Origin: an uncultured Alphaproteobacteria bacterium
GTDB taxonomy: Bacteria > Pseudomonadota > Alphaproteobacteria > Micavibrionales > UBA2020
Direction: 5' to 3'
DNA: 64,000 nt
Assembly (NCBI GenBank): GCA_966211335.1
Contig: CBIHNF010000001.1
Coordinates: forward strand, 76,078-140,077
Below the pieces are notes generated by a model. That model saw nothing but the letters and a program-made list of their open reading frames with translations. It was not told where the DNA came from and did not search any database. Made by a program: the position numbers and the translations under genes. Of the stretch, positions 1-10,027 are shown piece by piece. The stretch's first letter is position 1, and every line of letters starts with the position of its first letter.

Positions 1-1187
1 CCGGGTCCGGCTGGCCGGTAATGGCCCCGCGGATGATTTCCGCCCCGATGCGGCTGAAGGTGATTCCGTTGCCGCCAAAGGCCATGACGGCATAGCAGTT
101 CTTGAGGCCCCTCACAGGGCCGATGGCGGGCAGCCCGGTGGAGCTGCTGCCGAAGGAGCCGCACCAGCTGTAGTCCGCCGCCACATCCAGCGAGGGGAAA
201 AGCTTTTGCAATTTCTTTTGCAGCACGGCGGTTTTTTTATCCAGCAGCGCGTCGCGGGTTGCTTCATCGCTGAACTCTTCATCCTCGCCGCCGCAGATGA
301 TGCGGCCGTCATCGGTCGGGCGGATGTAGAGGTAGGGGTCGGCCGCTTCCCACATGAAGGGCAGCTGCGCCCATTTTTTGCCCTGCGGCTTTGTCGCGAA
401 GGCATAGGTCGAATAAACATGGTGGCGGCGGTTGGTGACTTGTTGCGGCAGTTCATAGCCGCCCGCAAAAACCACATGCCTGGCGCGAATGACGGGGCCG
501 TCTGCCGTATAGGCATTCACATGGGTTTTGAGTGCTTCCACATGCGTTAGCGTGACAGGCACATGGATGCGCATGCCGCGCGAGAGACTGCTGCGCAGGA
601 AACAGGCGGTAAAAGCCAGCGGATTGATCGCAAGAGAGCCCTGACAGCGCAGTGCGCCGCCGCGATGGCTGAAGCCGTACTCTTCCTGCAAGTCGCTGTT
701 CTCCAGATAGTCACACCACAAACCGATGTGGCGGCGCAATTCCATTTCTTCCTGCAGTTCGTCACCATCGAGCGTGGTGCCGGCAAGGTAGAGCGACGCT
801 TTGTCGGTATAGCCGCAGTCATAGCAGTTGGAGCGGAGTTTGGCGGCAATGCCATCGACCGCGATTTTTGACCGCCGCCAGGCGCGCATGGATTTCTCGA
901 CGCCGATTTTTTTTGAAAGATTTATGAAAGGAACATCGAGCTCATATTGCACCAAAGCTGTCGAGGCGGCGGTCGAGCCCTTCATGGGGCCGCGACGGTC
1001 GACCATGATGACGGAAAGGCCGGCATCGGTCAGCTCCTCCGCCACCATGGCGCCGCTGATGCCGGCGCCCATGACCAACACGTCGCAGGACACATCGCGG
1101 GAAAGCGGCGTTACCGGAATGCGCGGCTGGGTATAGGCGCGCCAGACGGGGTGGCCGGTTCTTAAATCGCGCTGTCTTGATCTCAAA
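1..1187 (-). CDS. FAD-dependent oxidoreductase (DAO/glycine oxidase-like), runs off the left edge
   Basis: Not in the ORF track. Manual translation from a TTG at 1187 (GGGAG upstream) gives ...CDVLVMGAGISGAMVAEELTDAGLSVIMVDRR...GSTAASTA, a Rossmann GxGxxG motif. Confidence 0.8.
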
Positions 1188-1282
1188 TGCCGGTCTCCCT
1201 TTCAAGAACCGCCAACGCCGCAAGGTTGATTCCGGTTTCCTGCCGCCCTATACTTCCTCAAGGCACAAAGGATGCTGCAACA

Positions 1283-2125
1283 ATGCCCGAATTACCCGAG
1301 GTAGAAACCGTCTGCCGCGGCCTTGCAAAAGCGATGGAAGGCCTGAAGATAACCCATGTCGAAACGCGGCGGGCGAACCTGCGCATTCCCTTCCCGAAAC
1401 ACCTGAAAGAGATTGAAGGCAAAAAGGTTGTCGAAATTTCACGGCGGGCGAAATATATCGTCATGAACCTGTCATCCGGCCTCACCCTGCTGCTGCACCT
1501 TGGCATGAGCGGCCGCATGGTCATTCAGGGCAACAATGCGGAACATGAGGCCGACAAGCACGACCATATGATTTTAACGCTGTCGAACGGCACGCGCGTC
1601 GTGTTCAACGACCCGCGCCGCTTCGGCCTTGTCGACCTTGCGGAAACGAAAGACGTCGAAGCGCATAAATTTTTCAAGCATCTGGGGCCGGAGCCTTTCG
1701 ACAAGGCCTTCAGCGCCGCCTATCTGCTGGAAAAATTCAAGGGCAAGAAGCCCGCGGTGAAGGTTGCGCTGATGGACCAGCAGCTGGTCGTGGGCGTCGG
1801 CAATATTTATGCCGCAGAAGCTTTGTTCCGCGCCCGCATCAACCCCAAGCGCAAGGCGGGCAGCATTAAAAAAGTGGAAGCCGAAAAAATCATCCCCGCC
1901 GTGCGGGAGGTCTTGCAGGAAGCGATCAAGGCTGGCGGCAGTTCCTTGCGCGATTACGTGCAGACAGACGGGGAGCTGGGCTATTTCCAGCACAACTTCG
2001 CCGTCTACGGCCGCACCGGCGAGAAGTGCAAGGGCTGCACCTGCGATATTGATGACACCGGCGGCATCAAGCGCATCACGCAAGGCGGCCGCTCGACCTT
2101 TTATTGTCCTGTGAAACAGAAGTAG
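1283..2125 (+). CDS. mutM: Formamidopyrimidine-DNA glycosylase
   Basis: N-terminal MPELPEVE, HLGMSG, DPRRFG, GVGNIYA and C-terminal zinc finger CKGC...YCPVKQ; start moved to the ATG at 1283. Confidence 0.97.
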   Translation: MPELPEVETVCRGLAKAMEGLKITHVETRRANLRIPFPKHLKEIEGKKVVEISRRAKYIVMNLSSGLTLLLHLGMSGRMVIQGNNAEHEADKHDHMILTLSNGTRVVFNDPRRFGLVDLAETKDVEAHKFFKHLGPEPFDKAFSAAYLLEKFKGKKPAVKVALMDQQLVVGVGNIYAAEALFRARINPKRKAGSIKKVEAEKIIPAVREVLQEAIKAGGSSLRDYVQTDGELGYFQHNFAVYGRTGEKCKGCTCDIDDTGGIKRITQGGRSTFYCPVKQK

Positions 2126-2134
2126 GAGTTTTTA

Positions 2135-2530
2135 ATGAAACGCATTTTGCTGACGGCTGCGATTGTGCTGATGACCACCCCCGCGCTCGCGGTTGAAAAA
2201 ACCCAATACGTGCAGGACGGCGTGCCCGCCATGAAGGGCATGGTGGTAACGCCCTCGGCCAATGGCCAGAACAACGCGAGCGGCGTTGTAAACGGCAACG
2301 ACAAAATGGTGAAGAGCTATTATAACGAAAAGCTGAAAGCCGAAGGCTGGACATCCACCGACCCGCGCCATGAGGTCTACACCCGCAACGGCGAGACCCT
2401 GAACCTGCAGACCGATTTCAAGAACGGCCAGACAACGGTGAATTTCTATACGACACCCGCGGCTCCAGCGCCGGATGCAAAAACACCGGATGCCGCAACC
2501 ACGGCCGCGCCCGCAGCTGAACAGAAATAA
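2135..2530 (+). CDS. Hypothetical secreted protein with Pro/Ala-rich tail
   Basis: Signal peptide [26 protein letters not shown], in the mutM-echA run. Confidence 0.75.
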   Translation: MKRILLTAAIVLMTTPALAVEKTQYVQDGVPAMKGMVVTPSANGQNNASGVVNGNDKMVKSYYNEKLKAEGWTSTDPRHEVYTRNGETLNLQTDFKNGQTTVNFYTTPAAPAPDAKTPDAATTAAPAAEQK

Positions 2531-2541
2531 GGATCGAGAAA

Positions 2542-3318
2542 ATGACCTACGAACATCTCCTCACCGAAAAGAAAAACAAGACCGGCCTGATCACCCTCAA
2601 CCGCCCCAAGGCGCTCAACGCGCTGTGTCAGGCGTTGATGGATGAATTGTCTTCCGCTGTCGATGCTTTTGAAAATGACCCCGGCGTTGCCGTCATCGTC
2701 ATCACCGGCAGCGAGAAGGCCTTTGCGGCCGGCGCTGACATTAAAGAGATGGCGCCGAAGACATTTATGGATGTTTACAAGGAAGACTTCATCACCAAGA
2801 ACTGGGAGCGTATTTCCCGCGCGCGCAAACCCGTGATTGCGGCAGTGGCAGGTTACTGCCTTGGCGGCGGCTGCGAGCTGGCCATGATGTGCGACTTTAT
2901 CATTGCGGCGGATACGGCCAAATTCAGCCAGCCGGAAATCACCATCGGCACCATTCCCGGCGCGGGCGGCACCCAGCGCCTGACCCGCCTTGTCGGCAAG
3001 TCGAAAGCCATGGAGCTGTGCCTGACCGGCCGCATGATGGATGCGGCGGAGGCCGAGGCCGCAGGGCTGGTCGCCCGCGTTGTGCCGGCAGCGCAGCTGA
3101 TGGAAGACGTTCTGAAAACTGCCGAGAAAATCTCCACCTTCTCCCAGCCCGCCCTCATGATGGTCAAGGAATCTGTAAACCGGGCCTATGAGACGACGCT
3201 GTCGGAGGGTTTGCGCTTCGAAAGACGGCTTTTCCACGCGACTTTCGCCTCCGAAGACCAGAAAGAGGGCATGGATGCCTTTGCAAACAAGCGTCCCGCC
3301 GCCTTTAAAGACCGGTAA
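2542..3318 (+). CDS. Enoyl-CoA hydratase (crotonase family)
   Basis: [45 protein letters not shown]. Confidence 0.95.
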   Translation: MTYEHLLTEKKNKTGLITLNRPKALNALCQALMDELSSAVDAFENDPGVAVIVITGSEKAFAAGADIKEMAPKTFMDVYKEDFITKNWERISRARKPVIAAVAGYCLGGGCELAMMCDFIIAADTAKFSQPEITIGTIPGAGGTQRLTRLVGKSKAMELCLTGRMMDAAEAEAAGLVARVVPAAQLMEDVLKTAEKISTFSQPALMMVKESVNRAYETTLSEGLRFERRLFHATFASEDQKEGMDAFANKRPAAFKDR

Positions 3319-3481
3319 TAGCGTTCAAATTCAAATATTTGGCGGTAAACTGCCGCCTTGCTTGACTTTGACCATAAACCGCATTAAAACCTGCAAGTCC
3401 GGGTGCATAGAGGGCGAAACGCCGATTCTGCGCCTGCCAGAAATTTAACGCTGCTGAATATCCAGAAAGAGACTTCTTACA

Positions 3482-3751
3482 ATGGCCCTCCATAAATCCG
3501 CCAAGAAACGCATCCGCCGCAACGCCAAGCGCCAGGTCATCAACAAAGACCGCATCGGCGAAGCGCGCAACCTGCTCCGCAAGGTTGAAGAAGCGATCAA
3601 GACCGGTGACGAGAAACTGGCGCAAGCTGCCCTGAAAGCAGCCCAGCCGAAACTGGCGAAAACCGCCGGCAAGGGCATCATCCACAAGAAGACCGCATCG
3701 CGCAAAATTTCGCGCCTCTCGGCCCGCATCAAGAACATCAAGAAGAAGTAA
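3482..3751 (+). CDS. rpsT: 30S ribosomal protein S20
   Basis: HKSAKKRIR...IHKKTASRKISRL. Confidence 0.97.
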   Translation: MALHKSAKKRIRRNAKRQVINKDRIGEARNLLRKVEEAIKTGDEKLAQAALKAAQPKLAKTAGKGIIHKKTASRKISRLSARIKNIKKK

Positions 3752-3770
3752 TTTCTTCTTCACCTGTTTC

Positions 3771-3803
3771 AAAAAAAGCCGCGATGTTTTCGCGGCTTTT
3801 TTT
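3771..3803 (+). terminator. Intrinsic terminator after rpsT
   Basis: AAAAAAAGCCGCGA-loop-TCGCGGCTTTTTTT. Confidence 0.9.
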
Positions 3804-3825
3804 ATGCCCGCGACGCCGGCGCTGC

Positions 3826-4255
3826 GAATCTGTTCCCCCGCGGTGATTCTGTTTTCGCGCCGATTCTGCCGCATCATTCCGATTCTGTTTCGGCAAAATC
3901 AAAACGCGATAAAAATGTAAACCCGATTCCGGAAGAGACTGCGTCAACAAGAAAAAATGCGCGCGAAATTTTCATTGGATTTTTTCCGGACCTGCGATTC
4001 ACGAAATTTTTTCAAGAGAAAATTTGGCACGAAAAAATTCATAATTTGATACGTTTGTTGCGAAATTCATTTTATCCACAATTGCCGCTTGCGACTCAAA
4101 ATCCGGGCGTTGTAAGGTTCCTCCACTTCATCATCTCGCGGTCTCATCGAAGCGTTGAACGTTCCCTTGAACAGGTAATTTCAGCACGATCGCGGGAAGG
4201 TGTTCCGAAGACAAACTACCGGCAGATACGTTGGCGATTTTCTAAAACCAGATTC
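3826..4255. promoter_or_regulatory. Cluster of GANTC (CcrM-type) sites in the rpsT-dnaA intergenic region
   Basis: GANTC at 3826, 3845, 3862, 3881, 3925, 3996, 4093 and 4251; the first four all read GAWTCTG. Confidence 0.7.
4072..4080 (+). promoter_or_regulatory. Perfect DnaA box upstream of dnaA
   Basis: TTATCCACA at the end of an AT-rich tract. Confidence 0.85.
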
Positions 4256-4337
4256 GCGACGGGGCTACAGGTGTCTCTTTCGGACGGCAAAAATTGTTAC
4301 CCCGGCAACGGGGCTTATATATAGGGAACGTCGCGGA

Positions 4338-5753
4338 ATGTTTGAACACGGCCAGGCAGCTAGCGTTGACACCACAGCAGAGGAAAATGCCGCACCGGCA
4401 TTCTCGCTCCAGTTCGCGGCGGTCAAGACGCAGATGCAAAAGGAATTCGGCGACACCGCCTTCCGCAGCTGGCTCGCGCCTGTCGAATTCACCTCCTTTG
4501 CCGGTAATGTGCTGAACGTATCGGTCCCGACCCGCTTTATCCGCGACTGGGTGAAGTCGCATTATGCCGACCGCCTGCGCGCGCTCTGGGCCAAGCAGGG
4601 CCATAGCGTCATACGCGTCGATATCGCCATTTCCGGCAAGACCACGCCCGCGCCTGCCGCCACCGCCGTGCCTTTCGAGCCCGTGCCGGTCGCCAATGAA
4701 AACAGCGATAGACAGGCCGCTATCGCAACGCCCACCTCCCCGCTCGACCCCCGCTATACTTTTGACAATTTCGTGACGGGCAAGCCGAACGAGCTCGCCT
4801 ATGCCGCTGCCCGCAAAGTGGCAGAAAGCGATACTATCGCCTTCAACCCCCTGTTCCTGCAGGGGGGCGTGGGCCTTGGCAAGACGCACCTGATGCATGC
4901 GATCGCGCATGAGATCCGCGCCAAGAATTCCGCGCGCAAGGTCATTTATATGTCGGCGGAAAAATTCATGTATGAATTCGTCCGCGCGCTGCGCTTCAAG
5001 GACACCATGTCCTTCAAGGAGCAGTTCCGCTCCGTCGATGTGCTGATGATTGACGATATCCAGTTCATCTGCGGCAAGGAATCGACGCAGGAAGAATTTT
5101 TCCACACCTTCAATGCCCTCATCGACCAGGGCAAACAAATTATTGTCTCGTCGGACAAGCCGCCGTCGGACCTCGACGGCATCGAAGACCGCCTGCGTTC
5201 CCGCCTCGGCATGGGCCTCGTCGCGCATATCGATGCCACGACCTATGAACTGCGCCTTGGTATTTTGCAGTCGAAATGCGCGCTGATGAAGCGGGACATT
5301 CCGCAGGATGTGCTGGAATTCCTCGCAACGCGCGTCACCGCCAATGTGCGCGAGCTGGAAGGCGCCCTCAACCGCCTTGTCGCGCATGCGGAGCTCGTCA
5401 ACCGCCCTGTCACCATCGAAACGGCGATGGACCTGCTGCAGGACATCCTGCGCGCCAACGACCGCCGCATCGGCATTGAAGACATCCAGAAAAAAGTCGC
5501 GGAACATTTCAATATCCGCCTCGCCGATATGCATTCACCCCGCCGCGCGCGCGCGGTTGCCCGCCCGCGTCAGGTTGCCATGTACCTGTCGAAACAGCTG
5601 ACCACGCATTCGCTGCCGGAAATCGGCCGCAAGTTCGGCGGACGCGACCATACCACCATCATCCACGGCGTCCGCAAGATCGAGGAGCTGCTGCTGGAAG
5701 AGCCGCAGCTGCGCGATGATATCGACCGGCTGAAGCGCGCCATTTCCGGCTGA
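4338..5753 (+). CDS. dnaA: Chromosomal replication initiator DnaA
   Basis: NPLFLQGGVGLGKTHL, DVLMIDDIQF, NVRELEGAL, ARPRQVAMYL, GGRDHTTIIH; start at ATG 4338 inferred. Confidence 0.98.
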   Translation: MFEHGQAASVDTTAEENAAPAFSLQFAAVKTQMQKEFGDTAFRSWLAPVEFTSFAGNVLNVSVPTRFIRDWVKSHYADRLRALWAKQGHSVIRVDIAISGKTTPAPAATAVPFEPVPVANENSDRQAAIATPTSPLDPRYTFDNFVTGKPNELAYAAARKVAESDTIAFNPLFLQGGVGLGKTHLMHAIAHEIRAKNSARKVIYMSAEKFMYEFVRALRFKDTMSFKEQFRSVDVLMIDDIQFICGKESTQEEFFHTFNALIDQGKQIIVSSDKPPSDLDGIEDRLRSRLGMGLVAHIDATTYELRLGILQSKCALMKRDIPQDVLEFLATRVTANVRELEGALNRLVAHAELVNRPVTIETAMDLLQDILRANDRRIGIEDIQKKVAEHFNIRLADMHSPRRARAVARPRQVAMYLSKQLTTHSLPEIGRKFGGRDHTTIIHGVRKIEELLLEEPQLRDDIDRLKRAISG

Positions 5754-6364
5754 TGGCGGCGGAAGGCCCAATCCCCAAAATCTCCGTCACCCGCGCCATT
5801 ATTGCGGGCACGCTCTTCGTCAACGGCCCCGTGATGGCGCTGATATTGTCGCCCTTGCTGCTGGTCGACCGCGCGGTCGCGGCGCACATCATCACCCCCG
5901 ACCAGAAATGGATGGTCGTGCCGGCCTTCCTCTGCGGCATTGGCCTTGCCTGGACATGGTGGTCCTTCACCATCGCCCGCTGGCGCATCTGGGCCTTCGA
6001 GCGCGTCGAGGATATTCCGGCCTTGAAGGAAGCGGCGGTCACCGCAGGGCTCACCTGGCCCGAAGGCAGCGCCTTCAGCCGCACCGAGATCAAGTCAAAA
6101 GCGCAGGCGCAAAAGGAGCGCAGCCTTGATGAACGCGCCGAGCGGCTGGACTTTTATGGCCTTGATGAAGTCGTGGCGAGAACCGCCTTCGACCGGGCTT
6201 TGGTGATGGCAAACGGCCGCCGCACCGTCAAAATCACCCTGTCGCCGGAAACCGCGGCATGGCTGGGGCTGGATGGCACGGCATCCGGCTATAACGGCAT
6301 CCCCCTGCATATGCGGGACGGCATGCCGCTTGGCGAAATCGAGCTGGTCACCAAGGCGGTTTGA
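5753..6364 (+). CDS. Hypothetical membrane protein coupled to dnaA
   Basis: TGATG overlap with the dnaA stop; two hydrophobic segments, then WWSFTIARWRIWAF and LTWPEGS. Confidence 0.7.
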   Translation: MAAEGPIPKISVTRAIIAGTLFVNGPVMALILSPLLLVDRAVAAHIITPDQKWMVVPAFLCGIGLAWTWWSFTIARWRIWAFERVEDIPALKEAAVTAGLTWPEGSAFSRTEIKSKAQAQKERSLDERAERLDFYGLDEVVARTAFDRALVMANGRRTVKITLSPETAAWLGLDGTASGYNGIPLHMRDGMPLGEIELVTKAV

Positions 6365-6501
6365 CCCCAACTAAAGCTTATTTTCTAAAACGTTCCGTCT
6401 TTTCGCCGAAAAGTTACAGGCTTTGGCAAAAAAGCTTGCTTTGGCAACGGGCTGCGCATGGCCTATATTTAAAGAAGGATAACCGCTTGAAAGTCAAAAC
6501 C

Positions 6502-8454
6502 ATGCGCCTTTTCGCCCTTGTCATCGCCCTTCTCATGTTTGCAGCGCCGGCCCAAGCCGCGCCGCAGTCGGATCACATCACCCCCCGCCTTTACAGCCCT
6601 GTCACGGCAACGGGCAATGGCGATACGGTGGCGCTGGCGCTGGAATTCAAGATCGAGAATAAATGGGAAACCTATTGGCGCACGCCCGGCGATGCGGGCC
6701 TTGCCCCGTCCTTCGACTGGAAAGGCTCCGAAAACTTTAGCAGCGCGAATGTGAAATATCCCGCGCCGCACCGCTATATCACCGCCGACCTTGATAACAA
6801 CGTCTATACCGACGCCGTCACCTTCCCCATCGACGTGAAACTGGCAAAACCCGGCGAAGCGCTGAACGTCAAGCTGCATCTTGACCTGCTGGTCTGCAAC
6901 GAAATCTGTGTGCCGGAAAAACATGACCTGACCTTCACCCTGCCGGCGGGCGAGGCCGCGCCTTCCGCCGATGCCGAAGCCTATCGCGATGCCTTGAAGA
7001 AACTGCCCGTCACCGCCATGGAAGGCTTCAGCCTGAAAAAGGCCTTCCTCGATGTCGACCCCGCAAACAAGACCTATCTGGTTGTCGAAGCTGCGGCCGA
7101 TTCTGCGCCCGGCATGATGAGCGACATGTTTGTCGAACACCCGACCTTCCTCACCTTCGGCAAGCCGGCCGTGCAATATAACGCGACCGATAAAAACGCC
7201 GTCTTTCGCATGGAAGTGCATTCGAACGATACCAGCGACGCGCTGCAAAAGGGCTTGAGCGATGGCGATTTCACGCTGACATATACCGATGGCGATAAAT
7301 CCTTCGAAGGCAAATTGCCGCTTTCCGCCAAGCCGTCCGACGCGCCGGAGCCGAAAGCGCCGATTGCCCTCAAAGAAAAAATTAAGGGCCTTGATTTTGA
7401 TGTGCTGCTGGCCGCCCTCCTCGGCGGCCTCATCCTGAACCTGATGCCTTGCGTGCTGCCCGTCCTGTCGCTCAAAATCCTCTCCGTCGTCAGCCATGGC
7501 GGGGAAGACAAGGCGACCAAAATGGGCCGCCGCGTCATCTTCCGCAATTTCATGGCTTCGGCCGCCGGTATCATCGTGTCCTTCTGGGCGATGGCGGCGG
7601 TGTTGAGTTCGCTCAAAGCCGCCGGCGATTCCATTGGCTGGGGCATCCAGTTCCAGCACCCGGGCTTCCTGATTTTCCTGCTCGTCGTCGTGCTGCTGTT
7701 TGCCGCCAATATGTGGGGGTTGTTTGAAGTGCCGCTGCCGCGCTTCCTTGCCAAACATCTGGTGCCGAAGCACGAGCATGAGCCGACGCTTGCCGGCCAC
7801 TTCCTGACCGGCGCTTTTGCGACATTGCTGGCAACCCCCTGCTCCGCCCCCTTCCTTGGCACCGCCATCGGCTTTGCCCTGTCGCGCGGCAGTTTCGAGA
7901 TTTTTGCCATCTTCACCTTCTTGGGATTAGGCCTCGCGCTGCCCTATATCGTCCTCGCCGTCTCCCCGCGCCTGTTCAAATACATGCCCAAACCCGGCCG
8001 CTGGATGCTGACGTTGAAGAAGATGCTGGCAGTTGCGCTGCTGATTACCGCCGTCTGGCTTGGCAACGTGCTGATCACCATGTCGACCATGCCGGCCCTT
8101 GATGCCGGCTGGCAGAAGTTTGATGTCGCCCTCATCGCCCCGGCCGTCGCCGAAGGCAAGACGGTGGTGGTGGACGTGACCGCCGACTGGTGCCTGACCT
8201 GCAAGGCGAACAAGAAGTTCGTGCTGGAGCAGAAGGATGTGATCGAGGCGCTCGATTCCGAAAACATCCTGCTGCTGCAGGCCGACTGGACCAGCCATGA
8301 CGAGAAGATTGCGGATTACCTGCACAGCTTCGGCCGTTACGGCATCCCCTTCAACGTGGTCTATGGCCCGGGCGCGCCGGAGGGCATTGCCCTGCCCGAG
8401 CTGCTGAGCAAAAAAGCCATCATGGATGCGCTGTCGGAAGCGGCGTCGGAGTAA
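6502..8454 (+). CDS. dsbD: DsbD-family protein-disulfide reductase
   Basis: Signal peptide, YWRTPGDAG, CNEIC, NLMPCVLP, ATPCSAPFLG and thioredoxin motif ADWCLTC. Confidence 0.92.
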   Translation: MRLFALVIALLMFAAPAQAAPQSDHITPRLYSPVTATGNGDTVALALEFKIENKWETYWRTPGDAGLAPSFDWKGSENFSSANVKYPAPHRYITADLDNNVYTDAVTFPIDVKLAKPGEALNVKLHLDLLVCNEICVPEKHDLTFTLPAGEAAPSADAEAYRDALKKLPVTAMEGFSLKKAFLDVDPANKTYLVVEAAADSAPGMMSDMFVEHPTFLTFGKPAVQYNATDKNAVFRMEVHSNDTSDALQKGLSDGDFTLTYTDGDKSFEGKLPLSAKPSDAPEPKAPIALKEKIKGLDFDVLLAALLGGLILNLMPCVLPVLSLKILSVVSHGGEDKATKMGRRVIFRNFMASAAGIIVSFWAMAAVLSSLKAAGDSIGWGIQFQHPGFLIFLLVVVLLFAANMWGLFEVPLPRFLAKHLVPKHEHEPTLAGHFLTGAFATLLATPCSAPFLGTAIGFALSRGSFEIFAIFTFLGLGLALPYIVLAVSPRLFKYMPKPGRWMLTLKKMLAVALLITAVWLGNVLITMSTMPALDAGWQKFDVALIAPAVAEGKTVVVDVTADWCLTCKANKKFVLEQKDVIEALDSENILLLQADWTSHDEKIADYLHSFGRYGIPFNVVYGPGAPEGIALPELLSKKAIMDALSEAASE

Positions 8455-8481
8455 AATTTCCATACTGCGCCGCAGCCAGCG

Positions 8482-8510
8482 TTGCCAGCGGAACGGGAAA
8501 CCGCTAGGCT
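8482..8510 (+). promoter_or_regulatory. Sigma70-type promoter, probably giving a leaderless mRNA from the ATG at 8517
   Basis: TTGCCA-N17-TAGGCT with an ATG 7 nt downstream and no SD sequence. Confidence 0.5.
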
Positions 8511-9059
8511 ATGAGCATGATTGATCCCATGCTTACAAAGGCCCAGAGCGGCCAGCCCGTCAGCACCAGCCAGTTCTATATGTGGCGCTGCGTGATTGCG
8601 CTTGCCCATGCCGACGACGTTGTGGCGCCGGAAGAGCGCGCCTACCTTGAACGCGTGATTGCTGGTATGGACCGCCGCAACGGGTTGACGGATGAGCAAA
8701 AGGCAACCTTTGCCGCCGACCTTGATACCCCGCAGAAAATTTCCGACCTGCTGCCCTATATCAACGAACCGCAATGGCGCGGCCAGCTGATTTACTTCGG
8801 CGGCCTGCTGGCGCGCGCGGACGGCCACCTTGACCCGCGCGAAGAGCAGATTCTGACCAAGCTGCGCGCCGACCAGCTGTCCTCCCTCGACATGGCCAAA
8901 ATCCGCGCCGATACCAAGGCCTATGTGGACAATGAAATGTTCCGCCATGACCTGGCGCAAAGCGAACTGCGCCCGCACGGCTTCTTCGCGGCGGCGCTTG
9001 ACAGCTTCCTGCTCCGCTTCGGCTATGACATGTACGAAAACAACGCGGGCGAAGAATAA
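8511..9059 (+). CDS. TerB-fold/DUF533-like protein, paralog A
   Basis: MWRCVIALAHADDVVAPEERAYL and a second LARADGHLDPREEQIL motif; start could be 8517. Confidence 0.7.
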   Translation: MSMIDPMLTKAQSGQPVSTSQFYMWRCVIALAHADDVVAPEERAYLERVIAGMDRRNGLTDEQKATFAADLDTPQKISDLLPYINEPQWRGQLIYFGGLLARADGHLDPREEQILTKLRADQLSSLDMAKIRADTKAYVDNEMFRHDLAQSELRPHGFFAAALDSFLLRFGYDMYENNAGEE

Positions 9060-9574
9060 TGGTACAAGCGGTCAACAAGCTCACCATGACCGACAGCCAG
9101 CTGAACATGTGGCGCGCCGTGATTGCGATTGCCCATGCCGACGGCACCGTGCAGCAGGAAGAAAAAGATTACCTATACAAAACCCTCGCCAATATCGACC
9201 GCAGCTATAATCTGACAGACGCACAGCGCATGGCGCTGGCGAATGACCTGAAGGTGCCGCAGAACATCAGCACCCTCATCCCCCTCATCACCGACCCGCA
9301 GCACCGCGCGATGCTGGTGCATTTCGGCGAGGTGCTGGCCTGGGCGGACAACGAAATTTCCGTCGATGAAGAGGCGATTTTAAAGAAGCTGCACGACGGG
9401 CAGATGCAAAGCATCGACCGCGACAAGCTGCGCGCCGAAGTGCAGAAAAAAGTCCATGCACAGGAAGCCGATTACGACCAGCAGATGCGCGAGATCAGGA
9501 ACGACAAGCGCAACCCCGTCTTCCGCGCCCTCGACCGCCTCATGAAAAAAGCCGGCATCGATATTCTCGAGTAA
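9059..9574 (+). CDS. TerB-fold/DUF533-like protein, paralog B
   Basis: MWRAVIAIAHADGTVQQEEKDYL and LAWADNEISVDEEAIL; TAATG overlap; aligns by eye along paralog A. Confidence 0.7.
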   Translation: MVQAVNKLTMTDSQLNMWRAVIAIAHADGTVQQEEKDYLYKTLANIDRSYNLTDAQRMALANDLKVPQNISTLIPLITDPQHRAMLVHFGEVLAWADNEISVDEEAILKKLHDGQMQSIDRDKLRAEVQKKVHAQEADYDQQMREIRNDKRNPVFRALDRLMKKAGIDILE

Positions 9575-9583
9575 TTAGCGGCG

Positions 9584-10027
9584 TCAGCTTTCTGAATTTT
9601 TTGCATGACAATTTTTGTAATAAATAACCGCAGAAAAAATTACAAAAATGAGCGTGGGGTCCAGAATAAAATAAAGCGCGCCAAGGCTGGTAACTTCACC
9701 GTTAATCGATAAATACTTTCCTTCCACCTTTTGCGTGATCCCGCCTCCAGGCATCAGTAGCGTTCCCGTCCAAAAGATCCAAATAGAGGCCGCCGTGAAA
9801 AGCAATGCGCGGGACGAGTGGAAAAATCTGTAACAGATAAAAAAGACGCTATAAAAAAGAAGGCCAATACAGATTCCGGCATACTCGCAAGCCAGCAAAT
9901 TGGGTATCTCGCCATGGCTGACTTGAAAAAAACCGAAACAGATATCTTTGACGTATAGCGACGCGCCGACGGCGAACATAAAGTAAAAAAGCTCCGCCCA
10001 GTACTTTCTGGTGGAGGCTTTTTCCAT
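9584..10027 (-). CDS. AT-rich orphan multi-TM membrane protein
   Basis: TGATG overlap with the mrcA stop; about four hydrophobic segments; codons visibly more AT-rich than neighbours. Confidence 0.6.
   Translation of the reverse strand: MEKASTRKYWAELFYFMFAVGASLYVKDICFGFFQVSHGEIPNLLACEYAGICIGLLFYSVFFICYRFFHSSRALLFTAASIWIFWTGTLLMPGGGITQKVEGKYLSINGEVTSLGALYFILDPTLIFVIFSAVIYYKNCHAKNSES

Noticed and set aside
1214-1239. GAAAC-N17-CGTT on the minus strand upstream of the FAD oxidoreductase, a possible second EcfG promoter
   Set aside because: One mismatch in the short -35 element and no other support; too weak to call.
3752-4337. Firm call of oriC
   Set aside because: Only one strong DnaA box is visible and genome-wide skew cannot be assessed; kept as a hypothesis only.
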